A DNA stretch of 64,000 nt. Origin: Bacillales bacterium (GTDB taxonomy: Bacteria > Bacillota > Bacilli > Paenibacillales > CANHCR01). Below the pieces are notes generated by a model. That model was not told the DNA's origin, did not search any database, and saw nothing but the letters and a program-made list of their open reading frames with translations. The position numbers and the translations under genes were made by a program. The DNA lies in contig CANHCR010000004.1 in NCBI GenBank assembly GCA_947459205.1, positions 26,053 to 90,052 of the forward strand. Reading direction: 5' to 3'. This document shows positions 8,521 through 16,414 of this stretch, in pieces; the first letter of the stretch is position 1; the number at the start of each line of letters is the position of its first letter.

Positions 8521-9580
8521 CAGTTATATTGAAGTCAAAAATATTAATAAAAAATTCGGGTCATTTTCCGCGGTAAACGACGTGAGTTTTACGATTGAGA
8601 AGGGGAAGTTGATTGGTCTTCTCGGTCCGAGTGGCGGCGGAAAAACTACGATACTACGTATTTTGGCAGGTTTGGAATACGCCGATTCAGGAGATATCTA
8701 CTTTGATGGACAACGTGTGAATGAAGTGCTTCCGCAAGACCGAGGGATTGGATTTGTCTTTCAAAACTATGCGTTGTTTCGCCATATGACCGTCTTTCAA
8801 AACATTGCATTCGGGCTTGAAGTCAAAAAATGGCCGAAACAAAAAGTAAAAGACCGTGTATTTGAACTTATTGAATTAACCGGTTTAAGCGGATTAGAGA
8901 ATCGTTTGCCACATCAACTTTCCGGAGGACAACGCCAACGCGTCGCTTTTGCTCGCGCTTTGGCGCCGCAACCTTCTCTTTTATTGCTTGATGAACCATT
9001 CGCCGCAATTGATGCAAAAGTGCGAAAAGAACTTCGCTCATGGCTCGCTGAAACGATTGCGAAAATCGGCATCACGAGTATTTTCGTCACGCATGATCAG
9101 GATGAAGCAGTTGAAGTTGCGAATGAAATTCTGATTATCAACCAAGGGAAACTCGAGCAGATGGGTTCTCCGATTGAAATCTATAAAAATCCACATACTC
9201 CGTTTGTTGCTAGTTTTATTGGACAATCAACAATCATCGAAAACTTCCACGAACTGAAAGGATTTGATCATGAAATCGGGTCTACACGAGCAGTTGTTCG
9301 TCCTGAATTCATGGATTTAGGAAAGCCAGGAGAAATTAATTTCGCTTCTGCCGCGCAAAAAGCGGTTGTGAAAAATGTGTTTTTCCGTGGTTCTAACTGG
9401 GAAATCGAAGTGCAAGTCGGCAATCATATATTTTATGCGTTTCGTTCACTAGAAAAAGAACAACTGCGTGTGGGCGATGAGGTTTTATTACTTATTCATC
9501 GTATGTACGCATTTAACGATAACCAAACAGTTATCATCGAAAACCGTCTTAAAGAAGATCCGATGCCGGTTATCATTTAA
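8513..9580 (+). CDS. cysA: Sulfate/thiosulfate import ATP-binding protein CysA
   Basis: The ATG at 8513 follows GAGGTGGA and overlaps the cysW stop. Walker A GPSGGGKTT, signature LSGGQRQR, Walker B LLLLDEP, and a C-terminal TOBE-like regulatory domain. Confidence 0.9.
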   Translation: MANSYIEVKNINKKFGSFSAVNDVSFTIEKGKLIGLLGPSGGGKTTILRILAGLEYADSGDIYFDGQRVNEVLPQDRGIGFVFQNYALFRHMTVFQNIAFGLEVKKWPKQKVKDRVFELIELTGLSGLENRLPHQLSGGQRQRVAFARALAPQPSLLLLDEPFAAIDAKVRKELRSWLAETIAKIGITSIFVTHDQDEAVEVANEILIINQGKLEQMGSPIEIYKNPHTPFVASFIGQSTIIENFHELKGFDHEIGSTRAVVRPEFMDLGKPGEINFASAAQKAVVKNVFFRGSNWEIEVQVGNHIFYAFRSLEKEQLRVGDEVLLLIHRMYAFNDNQTVIIENRLKEDPMPVII

Positions 9581-9590
9581 TCAAAAAACG

Positions 9591-9637
9591 AAAGGGATTC
9601 GATATCCGAAATCTTCGGTATCGAATCCCTTTTTTTA
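9591..9637. terminator. Bidirectional terminator between the convergent cysA and sbp genes
   Basis: AAAGGGATTCGATA ... TATCGAATCCCTTT perfect hairpin with TTTTTTT downstream and AAAAAA upstream. Confidence 0.75.
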
Positions 9638-9645
9638 TTGCGATT

Positions 9646-10662
9646 CTATTCGGAATAAATCTGGTCGAAGAAACCGCCGTCATCAAAATGCTTTTTCTGT
9701 GCTTCTGTCCATCCACCGAATTCCTCGATTGTAATCAGTTTTAAATCCGGGTAATTCACTTTGTATTTTGCTAATACAGTCTCATTACGCGGTCTAAAAT
9801 AATGTTTAGCGATGATTTCCTGACCTTCATCAGAATAGAGGTAACTTAGGTAAGCGGTGGCGACTTCACGTGTCCCTTTGTCATCAACCACTTTGTCAAC
9901 GACCGCAACCGGTGGTTCTGCTGAAATGCTAATCGAAGGATTCACAATTTCAAACTTTTCAGAACCTAATTCCTTAACAGCCATTAGTGCTTCATTTTCC
10001 CACGAGATTAGAATATCTCCAATTTGCCGTTCTACGAAAGTCGTCGTCGATGCACGCGCGCCTGCATCTAGCACCTTAACATTTTTATACAACTTTTGCA
10101 CAAACTCTTTTGCTTTTTGTTCGTCATTATTGTTCAATTGCTGTGCATAACCATATGCAGCCAAGTAATTCCAACGAGCACCACCCGAAGTTTTAGGATT
10201 TGGTGTAATCACTTCAATTCCGGGTTTGATTAAGTCATCCCAATCTTTGATATTTTTCGGGTTTCCCTTGCGCACCAAAAACACGATGGTTGAATAATAT
10301 GGTGTACTGTTGTTTTCATATTTTGATGCCCATCCCTTATTGACTAAACCTTTTTGTGCAATCGCATCAATATCATAACCAAGGGCTAAAGTCACAACGT
10401 CTGCTTTGATACCGTCTGCCACAGAACGACTTTGTTTGCCAGACCCTCCGTGAGATTGTTTGATTTCAACCTTTTGATTTTTTTGTTGTAACCAATACTT
10501 TGCAAATGCTTCGTTGTATTCTTGGTAAAATTCCCGAGTTGGATCATAGGAAACATTTAAAATCTCCACCTGATTGTCATCGTTTGAACAAGCGACCAGT
10601 ACGCTGCTTGCCATTAAAATAATACATAAAAGCAGTGCAATTTTTCTGAGTAAAAACAACAT
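9646..10662 (-). CDS. sbp: Sulfate/thiosulfate-binding lipoprotein (Sbp/CysP family)
   Basis: 338 aa. Signal peptide with lipobox LVAC-S. Conserved [13 protein letters not shown] and [18 protein letters not shown] motifs of sulfate-binding proteins. Confidence 0.9.
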   Translation of the reverse strand: MLFLLRKIALLLCIILMASSVLVACSNDDNQVEILNVSYDPTREFYQEYNEAFAKYWLQQKNQKVEIKQSHGGSGKQSRSVADGIKADVVTLALGYDIDAIAQKGLVNKGWASKYENNSTPYYSTIVFLVRKGNPKNIKDWDDLIKPGIEVITPNPKTSGGARWNYLAAYGYAQQLNNNDEQKAKEFVQKLYKNVKVLDAGARASTTTFVERQIGDILISWENEALMAVKELGSEKFEIVNPSISISAEPPVAVVDKVVDDKGTREVATAYLSYLYSDEGQEIIAKHYFRPRNETVLAKYKVNYPDLKLITIEEFGGWTEAQKKHFDDGGFFDQIYSE

Positions 10663-10698
10663 ATTCGTTCCTCCAATTTGATGTGAAATCTAAATTTA

Positions 10699-10727
10699 AG
10701 TTTACCAACAATAAAAGACGAATTCAA
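10699..10727 (-). promoter_or_regulatory. Candidate sigma-A promoter for the minus-strand sbp gene
   Basis: On the minus strand: TTGAAT, 17 nt, TAAACT. Confidence 0.45.
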
Positions 10728-10754
10728 TTTTTAACTTTAATAAAAATTTTATTT

Positions 10755-10781
10755 TAATTCCTACTTGACTTATCGGAATTA
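10755..10781 (+). promoter_or_regulatory. CymR-like operator overlapping the -35 of the plus-strand sbp paralog
   Basis: TAATTCCTACTTGACTTATCGGAATTA fits every specified position of the recalled 27-nt CymR motif TAAWNCN2ANTWNAN3ATMGGAATTW. Confidence 0.6.
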
Positions 10782-10794
10782 TATGATTTATAAT
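10765..10794 (+). promoter_or_regulatory. Sigma-A-type promoter for the sbp paralog / stalk-protein operon
   Basis: TTGACT (10765-10770), 18-nt spacer, TATAAT (10789-10794). Confidence 0.55.
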
Positions 10795-10811
10795 TCGAAA
10801 TGTAAGAAGTG

Positions 10812-10850
10812 CTGTTTCATTTCATCAAGAGCTCAATGAAATCGAAACAG
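10812..10850 (+). promoter_or_regulatory. Stem-loop in the 5' leader of the sbp paralog (function unknown)
   Basis: CTGTTTC-ATTTCA ... TGAAAT-c-GAAACAG gives 13 bp with a one-nt bulge. No U-tract follows, so it is not an obvious terminator. Confidence 0.35.
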
Positions 10851-10881
10851 AATTCATCGAAATCACAAAGGAGAGAAACAC

Positions 10882-11904
10882 ATGAAAAGAATTTTATTAT
10901 TGTCGCTGAGTATCGCGCTATTGCTTTCCGCATTTTCAGCAAATGCACTTGCATTCTCATTCTTCAAAAAGAAAACGAACGACATTGAACTTTTGAACGT
11001 CTCGTATGATCCGACTCGTGAATTTTATGAGGAATACAATAAATCTTTTGCCCGTCACTGGCTGAAAAAGAAAAATCAAAAAGTTACCGTTAAACAGTCA
11101 CACGGGGGATCCGCGAAACAAGCTCGTTCAGTTATTGACGGGTTGCGTGCAGACGTCGTAACACTCGCGCTATCACAGGATATCACCGAAATTGAAAAAC
11201 GCGGTTTAATCAAAAAAGGATGGGAAAAAACATTGCCGCGCAACAGTTCACCATACACATCGACTATCGTATTCATCGTTCGAAAAGGCAATCCGAAGAA
11301 CATCAAAGATTGGAATGATTTGATTAGACCGGGAGTTGGGGTCATTACACCGAATCCTAAAACGTCAGGTGGTGCTCGTTGGAATTACCTCGCAGCTTGG
11401 GCCTACGCATTAAAGCAGAACAAAAATAGTGAAGCGAAAGCACAAGAGTTTGTTGGTAAGTTATACAAAAACGTTCCTGTTTTAGATACAGGAGCACGCG
11501 GTTCGACAACAACGTTCGTACAAAACAAAATCGGTGATGTGTTCATCTCTTGGGAAAATGAAGCGTATTTAGTAAAAAAACAATACGGAAGCGATTATGA
11601 AATCGTCACTCCATCAATAAGTATCCTTGCTGAGCCGCCGGTCGCTGTGGTCACAAGAAATGTTGAGAGAAAGAAAACTCGTGAAGTAGCGACCGCATAC
11701 CTTGACTATCTGTACTCCAAAGAAGCGCAACGACTTATTGCAAAACATTTTTATAGACCAACTGATCCGCAAGTTGCTAGAGAGTTTTCGAAACAATTCA
11801 AACAAATTCCTCTTGTAACGATTCGTGACTTCGGAGGTTGGGATCGCACACAAAGAAAACATTTTAACGACGGTGGTATTTTCGATAAAATTTACGCGAA
11901 ATAG
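10882..11904 (+). CDS. Sulfate/thiosulfate-binding protein paralog (no lipobox)
   Basis: 340 aa, clearly paralogous to 9646-10662 (same QSHGGS.KQ.RSV and [17 protein letters not shown] motifs). The signal peptide ends ANALA-FS and the leader contains no Cys. Confidence 0.9.
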   Translation: MKRILLLSLSIALLLSAFSANALAFSFFKKKTNDIELLNVSYDPTREFYEEYNKSFARHWLKKKNQKVTVKQSHGGSAKQARSVIDGLRADVVTLALSQDITEIEKRGLIKKGWEKTLPRNSSPYTSTIVFIVRKGNPKNIKDWNDLIRPGVGVITPNPKTSGGARWNYLAAWAYALKQNKNSEAKAQEFVGKLYKNVPVLDTGARGSTTTFVQNKIGDVFISWENEAYLVKKQYGSDYEIVTPSISILAEPPVAVVTRNVERKKTREVATAYLDYLYSKEAQRLIAKHFYRPTDPQVAREFSKQFKQIPLVTIRDFGGWDRTQRKHFNDGGIFDKIYAK

Positions 11905-11915
11905 GAGACAACACA

Positions 11916-12704
11916 ATGAGAAAATATTTTCTTACAGTATTGATCGTCGCAATGTTGACATCGGCGATTGCACCCCTTGCTTTAGCGAACAACACTCTCC
12001 CTACAATCTTTTTTAACAATGAACCGCTTGAAATAACAGCACAACCTGTAATTGAAAAGGGCATCACTTTTTTACCAGCACGCGTTCTGCTAAATAAGTA
12101 TGAATTGAATGTTCATTATAATGCTAAAACCCGCGAAATTACTGCAAAAAATGACGATTACCAAGTTAAATTTACGATTGGTAATTCGACAGCAATCGTT
12201 AATGAAGAAGACGTGTTATTGAGTGTTGCACCTCGAATTGTGAATAACGTCGCATGGTTGCCGCTACGTACTACAGTTAAAATTTTCGAATATGATGTGG
12301 TGTTCGATCGCGAATTCAATTTGATTTCCGTAGCACCAGAAAAGGAACAAAGCACATTTGCTGTATTGCTTAACTTGAATTATTTTGTAGAGCAAAATAT
12401 TGAAGCGATCACAAAGACGCACGATTCGAATGCGTGGGAGTACAAGCAATTGATTGAATCGGCTACTGCTGAGTTAGAAGAAAAATACACGTACGAAATC
12501 GATGACATCGGTGTATTAGAACTTGTGGATGGGCAAGCGGAGGTTGGAGTGACGTTGACTCGAAGCAAACCAGACGTACAAGATTTTATACCGACAACAA
12601 ACAGTTACATTTATAAAGTGAAAAAGCAAAAGAATGGTGTTTGGCGGATTTACGACATAGTGCCAGGAACAGAAGCTGATCCAGTAGAACCAAATCCAGC
12701 ATAA
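11916..12704 (+). CDS. Secreted protein with a copper-amine-oxidase-N-terminal-like (stalk) domain plus an unknown C-terminal domain
   Basis: Signal peptide (ALA-NN). The pattern PVIEKGITFLPARVL...AIVNEEDV.L.VAPRIVNNVAWLPLRTTVKIF is typical of the stalk domain common in Paenibacillus/Bacillus. AGGAGA SD sits 12 nt after the sbp paralog stop. Confidence 0.75.
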   Translation: MRKYFLTVLIVAMLTSAIAPLALANNTLPTIFFNNEPLEITAQPVIEKGITFLPARVLLNKYELNVHYNAKTREITAKNDDYQVKFTIGNSTAIVNEEDVLLSVAPRIVNNVAWLPLRTTVKIFEYDVVFDREFNLISVAPEKEQSTFAVLLNLNYFVEQNIEAITKTHDSNAWEYKQLIESATAELEEKYTYEIDDIGVLELVDGQAEVGVTLTRSKPDVQDFIPTTNSYIYKVKKQKNGVWRIYDIVPGTEADPVEPNPA

Positions 12705-12730
12705 TCATTTGTATTCGTTCGATCACACGA

Positions 12731-12757
12731 CCGGTCATGGAAATGGCCGGTTTTTGC
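12731..12757 (+). terminator. Rho-independent terminator
   Basis: CCGGTCAT GGAA ATGGCCGG (8 bp including one G-U) followed by TTTTTGCTTT. Confidence 0.65.
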
Positions 12758-12822
12758 TTTAAACTTGATTGTTGCACTTCGAATGTGTTTCAATCATCAT
12801 AGAGAGAGAAGGGGGAATACAC

Positions 12823-14334
12823 TTGATCGAAACACTCGTTGGATATGCTAGAGACGGTAATTTTGATGAATTTAGAAAGTTGCTGTATCGTGAGCCGGAC
12901 TTACTCGAGCAAACGGCGGAATCGGGGGAGAGTCCACTGATTGCGGCGCTTTATAACGGACGCATGGAGATTGTCGATTATCTGTTAGACAAGGGCATTA
13001 CCGTTACGATTCACGAGGCCGCTGCGCTCGGTGATGATCAATCCGTGCGCTGGTTGCTTGATTATGAGCCACTGCTGATTGGTGTGTATAGTTTTGACGG
13101 TTGGACACCGCTCCATTTGGCGGCGTTTTTCGGTGCAAGTGAAGCCGTGTCATTGTTGCTTGAACGTGGGGCTCATATCGAAGCAGTCTCACAAAATCAT
13201 TTGCAAAATACGGCCTTACACGCGGCGACAGCGGCGAAGCGGTCAGCGGTCGTGCTTACATTGCTGCAGGCTGGCGCAGACGCAAATGCACGGCAAAAAA
13301 ATGGGCAGACGGCTCTTCACCAAGCAGTCGAAAACTATGATATCAATATGGTGCAAATGCTGCTTGATTTCAGAGCAGATGCTTCATTGAATGATGGACG
13401 CGGGATGTCGGCTGTACGTTTGGCCGAACGTCTCGGTTATGCAGAGATATTACAAATGTTAGAGCGCCATGAGTCGACGAGCGAAGGTCAAGCATTCAAA
13501 GGACAAATCGTTTATTTGCATAATTTTTTCTTGCCCGAATTAAATGCATTGCGGACTCTGCGCATTTATTTGCCGCCAGGATACGAGCAGAGTGATGTGC
13601 AATATCCCGTGCTCTATATGCATGATGGGCAAAATTTATTTGAGAAGCAAACCTCTTCTTACGGTATGTGTTGGGATATTGCCACTACTATCGACGAGTG
13701 GGTGGAGCAGGGCAGACATCCCGGTTTTATCGTCGTTGGAATCGACAACAACCGCGAGGGAATAGGACGTTATCACGAATATTCGCCGTGGGAAAGCGAG
13801 ATTGTCAAGCAGTATTTAGAAAAAGCATCGCACGAGCAACGGGTAGGCGGAGATGGCTTTGCATACCTAGATTGTATTGTGCACACGATTAAACCATATA
13901 TCGATAAACATTATCGGACGCAAAATGAAAAGGAGAATACGCTGATCGGTGGCAGTTCGATGGGCGGTTACATATCGATATCCGCTGCATTTGTGTATGG
14001 AGATGTGTTCGGCAAGGTTTTGGCCTGTTCGACGGCGGTTTTCTTTGAAGAAAAAGAATTGGCTGCTTATATCGAAATGCAACCAAAATCAGCTGGTCAA
14101 CGTATTTATATGGATATTGGCACCAATGAAACGAGCAATTCGAAATTGGCTCATTTTCCTGCGATCTATTCGGGTTCTAATGAACGAATGTATCAGTTGC
14201 TACAAAGCAAAGGATTCGTCACGGACGTCGACGTACGCTATGTAATTGAAGACAATGCGGAACACAACGAAACAGCGTGGGCACTGCGTTTTCCGGCAGC
14301 CGTCGAGTGGCTGTTCGCTGAGCAGTTTAAGTAA
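12823..14334 (+). CDS. Ankyrin-repeat protein fused to an esterase-family alpha/beta hydrolase
   Basis: TTG start at 12823, 7 nt after GAAGGGGGA. About six ankyrin repeats (GWTPLHLAAFFG, NTALHAATAA, GQTALHQAVEN). The C-terminal half has LRIYLPPGY, YPVLYMHDGQNLF and the GGSSMGG nucleophile elbow of the putative-esterase (Fes/IroE/esterase D-like) family. Confidence 0.8.
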   Translation: MIETLVGYARDGNFDEFRKLLYREPDLLEQTAESGESPLIAALYNGRMEIVDYLLDKGITVTIHEAAALGDDQSVRWLLDYEPLLIGVYSFDGWTPLHLAAFFGASEAVSLLLERGAHIEAVSQNHLQNTALHAATAAKRSAVVLTLLQAGADANARQKNGQTALHQAVENYDINMVQMLLDFRADASLNDGRGMSAVRLAERLGYAEILQMLERHESTSEGQAFKGQIVYLHNFFLPELNALRTLRIYLPPGYEQSDVQYPVLYMHDGQNLFEKQTSSYGMCWDIATTIDEWVEQGRHPGFIVVGIDNNREGIGRYHEYSPWESEIVKQYLEKASHEQRVGGDGFAYLDCIVHTIKPYIDKHYRTQNEKENTLIGGSSMGGYISISAAFVYGDVFGKVLACSTAVFFEEKELAAYIEMQPKSAGQRIYMDIGTNETSNSKLAHFPAIYSGSNERMYQLLQSKGFVTDVDVRYVIEDNAEHNETAWALRFPAAVEWLFAEQFK

Positions 14335-14521
14335 CGATTATCATAACACTAAAATTAGTTAACATAATATATATTATCGGACGCAATTTATGAAAGAATT
14401 GTGAAAATAATGATTTATTTATGAAACTGCTCTTAATTTCTTTCATTTTGTTTATACATGTGGTATACTTTATACAGATTATAGAAAAGTATTAATTCAA
14501 TGTAGGAGTGAGTTTTATCCC

Positions 14522-14896
14522 ATGCCAAAAGAAAGAGAGTTGTACAGACACAATTTTTACGATCCCGTACACATTGACTTACGCGGTTTGTGGATTGATG
14601 ATGAATTGACGCCAGGGTTCAGTCTACACGAGTTTAAGGTAATGAACATCAGCGGTAGCGGGATGAATTTTCAATCGAATTTAGATTTCCCGCATGGCAA
14701 GAAAGTGAATGTCCAGTTTGCCATTAAGCTTGATGTCGAGCATTTACTTAAAGGACAAGTGGTTCGGCGCGAGAAAATTACAGACGGTATTTACTCATAC
14801 GCTGTTAAATTCAACATCACAACCGGTGATCAGATCAAACTAATCCGTTCCATCAATTTATTACAGTTGAAACGGAACAATTTCAAAAAAGATTAA
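14522..14896 (+). CDS. PilZ-domain protein (putative c-di-GMP receptor)
   Basis: 124 aa. RxxxR (RELYR) near the N-terminus and an N-x-S-x-x-G motif (NISGSG) about 35 aa later. AGGAGTGA SD. Confidence 0.7.
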   Translation: MPKERELYRHNFYDPVHIDLRGLWIDDELTPGFSLHEFKVMNISGSGMNFQSNLDFPHGKKVNVQFAIKLDVEHLLKGQVVRREKITDGIYSYAVKFNITTGDQIKLIRSINLLQLKRNNFKKD

Positions 14897-15492
14897 GCAG
14901 TTTCGCTCCGGTTCCATTGCCGGAGCGTTTTTATTAGATTGAACCAAGACTGTATTGATTTTGGATTCATAATCAGCAACAAAATGAATCGAAGTCCGAT
15001 GATGAAAGAGCTGATTGGCTTAATCTCTATTACTACTTGTAGTCGAGTTGCCAACAAATAGAATTGATATGCTGGAATGACTTCAAATTGATGACTCCCG
15101 TCCTCACTTGATGTTTGCGTTTCGATATACAATTTTACTATTGATTTCAGCGTGAGTAAGCAGGCGGCGCCAATCGCTGTCGTCGGTGCAGTATGAATGC
15201 CGATATACGTTTGCCAATGAAATCGTTCTACATTGACTGCATGACGAACGTATCGCAACAAAGAAGCTATTCCTGCTGTGCTCTGATGGCAGTCACTATA
15301 ACTTTTGTATAGTCGCAAATACTCGGCAAAACTGACGGTTTTGCTTTTCGCATCGGCAGACATAGTTTGATCCTCGTTGACTTTCAGCGCTTGCACATCA
15401 TTTTGTTTGCGAATGAGCCCAAAAATCATTTCGATTTGATAATTCAACTTATCGTCGTTGTTTACTCGCTCATAGAATATCTTGATTTTCAT
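14893..15492 (-). CDS. Hypothetical protein (199 aa), possible C-terminal hydrophobic segment
   Basis: It is the only long ORF across 600 nt. The SD is weak or poorly spaced. I recognise no motifs. Confidence 0.5.
   Translation of the reverse strand: MKIKIFYERVNNDDKLNYQIEMIFGLIRKQNDVQALKVNEDQTMSADAKSKTVSFAEYLRLYKSYSDCHQSTAGIASLLRYVRHAVNVERFHWQTYIGIHTAPTTAIGAACLLTLKSIVKLYIETQTSSEDGSHQFEVIPAYQFYLLATRLQVVIEIKPISSFIIGLRFILLLIMNPKSIQSWFNLIKTLRQWNRSETA
14904..14933 (+). terminator. Rho-independent terminator after the PilZ gene
   Basis: CGCTCCGG ttccattg CCGGAGCG followed by TTTTTAT. It lies within the last codons of the convergent minus-strand ORF. Confidence 0.65.
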
Positions 15493-15582
15493 GGTGCTAT
15501 TGTGCCCTTCGTATTTTGGAAATATGCAAAAAATGTGATAAAGTAATGTAGGAAGTTCGCACTACGAAAAAGGAGAATTCGC

Positions 15583-16092
15583 ATGGAAAAGGAATTATAT
15601 GAGCAGTTTCGCACTTCATCGGGTGCTGAACTGGACCATTTTCAACAAGAGATGAACGCCGCTGGTTACAGTCGATTCAGCAAGTTCATCGATGGGTTTC
15701 GTGACGCGATTCGCCATTATGACGAGCAGGAAGGTCAATATATATTGGAGCTGGTTGCAAAAGCGCAGCAATTGTTTCCGAAACCGATTGTATTCAGTCC
15801 GCACTGGCAAAGTATATGGGAGCAATTTGAAGCTACCACCCGCTACAAAAACAGCGTTTTTTCACGCATCCCTGCAGACCAGCGCAGCGGTGAGTGGCAA
15901 ATCATTCTCGATAACCCGTTCACCAATCAAGAAGTAGTCTGCTACCCTTCGTTGGATTTCATTGAAGCATCATACTTGTACGGCTACTTTCGTCCTGAAT
16001 TAAAAGAAAATGAATACGTTCGAATGCAAAAAGTTGAAAATCGAATCGTCGAATTTGGATTTATGAATGAAAAAAACAGCGTGTCGCAATGA
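15583..16092 (+). CDS. Hypothetical protein (169 aa)
   Basis: AAAGGAGAA SD 5 nt before the ATG, with a hairpin terminator at the stop. No recognisable motifs. Confidence 0.65.
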   Translation: MEKELYEQFRTSSGAELDHFQQEMNAAGYSRFSKFIDGFRDAIRHYDEQEGQYILELVAKAQQLFPKPIVFSPHWQSIWEQFEATTRYKNSVFSRIPADQRSGEWQIILDNPFTNQEVVCYPSLDFIEASYLYGYFRPELKENEYVRMQKVENRIVEFGFMNEKNSVSQ

Positions 16093-16107
16093 CACGCTGT
16101 TTCTTTC
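16071..16107. terminator. Bidirectional terminator between convergent genes
   Basis: AACAGCGTGTC gcaat GACACGCTGTT with an A-run upstream and a T-rich tract downstream. Confidence 0.65.
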
Positions 16108-16112
16108 GTTAT

Positions 16113-16400
16113 CTACTCTACTCGTTTTATTATTGGTCTTCCTGCATCATCGAGGTATAGTTCGTTTTTTGGGTCATTTTTTAAGCGGACGTTGAAGATT
16201 TTCATCTTGCTCTCTTCGATTTCATACAATTCCCAATCTTGTGGATCGTCACCCATCATTTGCAAGAACTCCTCCACTTGTTCATTCGCTTTGTCCATGT
16301 CATCCCAAAATTTCGTTCCGTAGTACTCAAGTCTGTATCCGTTAATAAGGTTACAAGTGTAAATTTGAGAAGTCTGGTGATGTTTCAAAACAATCGGCAT
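16113..16400 (-). CDS. Small acidic hypothetical protein (95 aa), last gene of the oxidoreductase operon
   Basis: The ATG is 14 nt after the stop of the alpha-beta oxidoreductase gene (weak AGGA SD), with no intervening terminator. The shared terminator is at 16071-16107. Confidence 0.6.
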   Translation of the reverse strand: MPIVLKHHQTSQIYTCNLINGYRLEYYGTKFWDDMDKANEQVEEFLQMMGDDPQDWELYEIEESKMKIFNVRLKNDPKNELYLDDAGRPIIKRVE

Positions 16401-16414
16401 GGTATCCTACCGAA

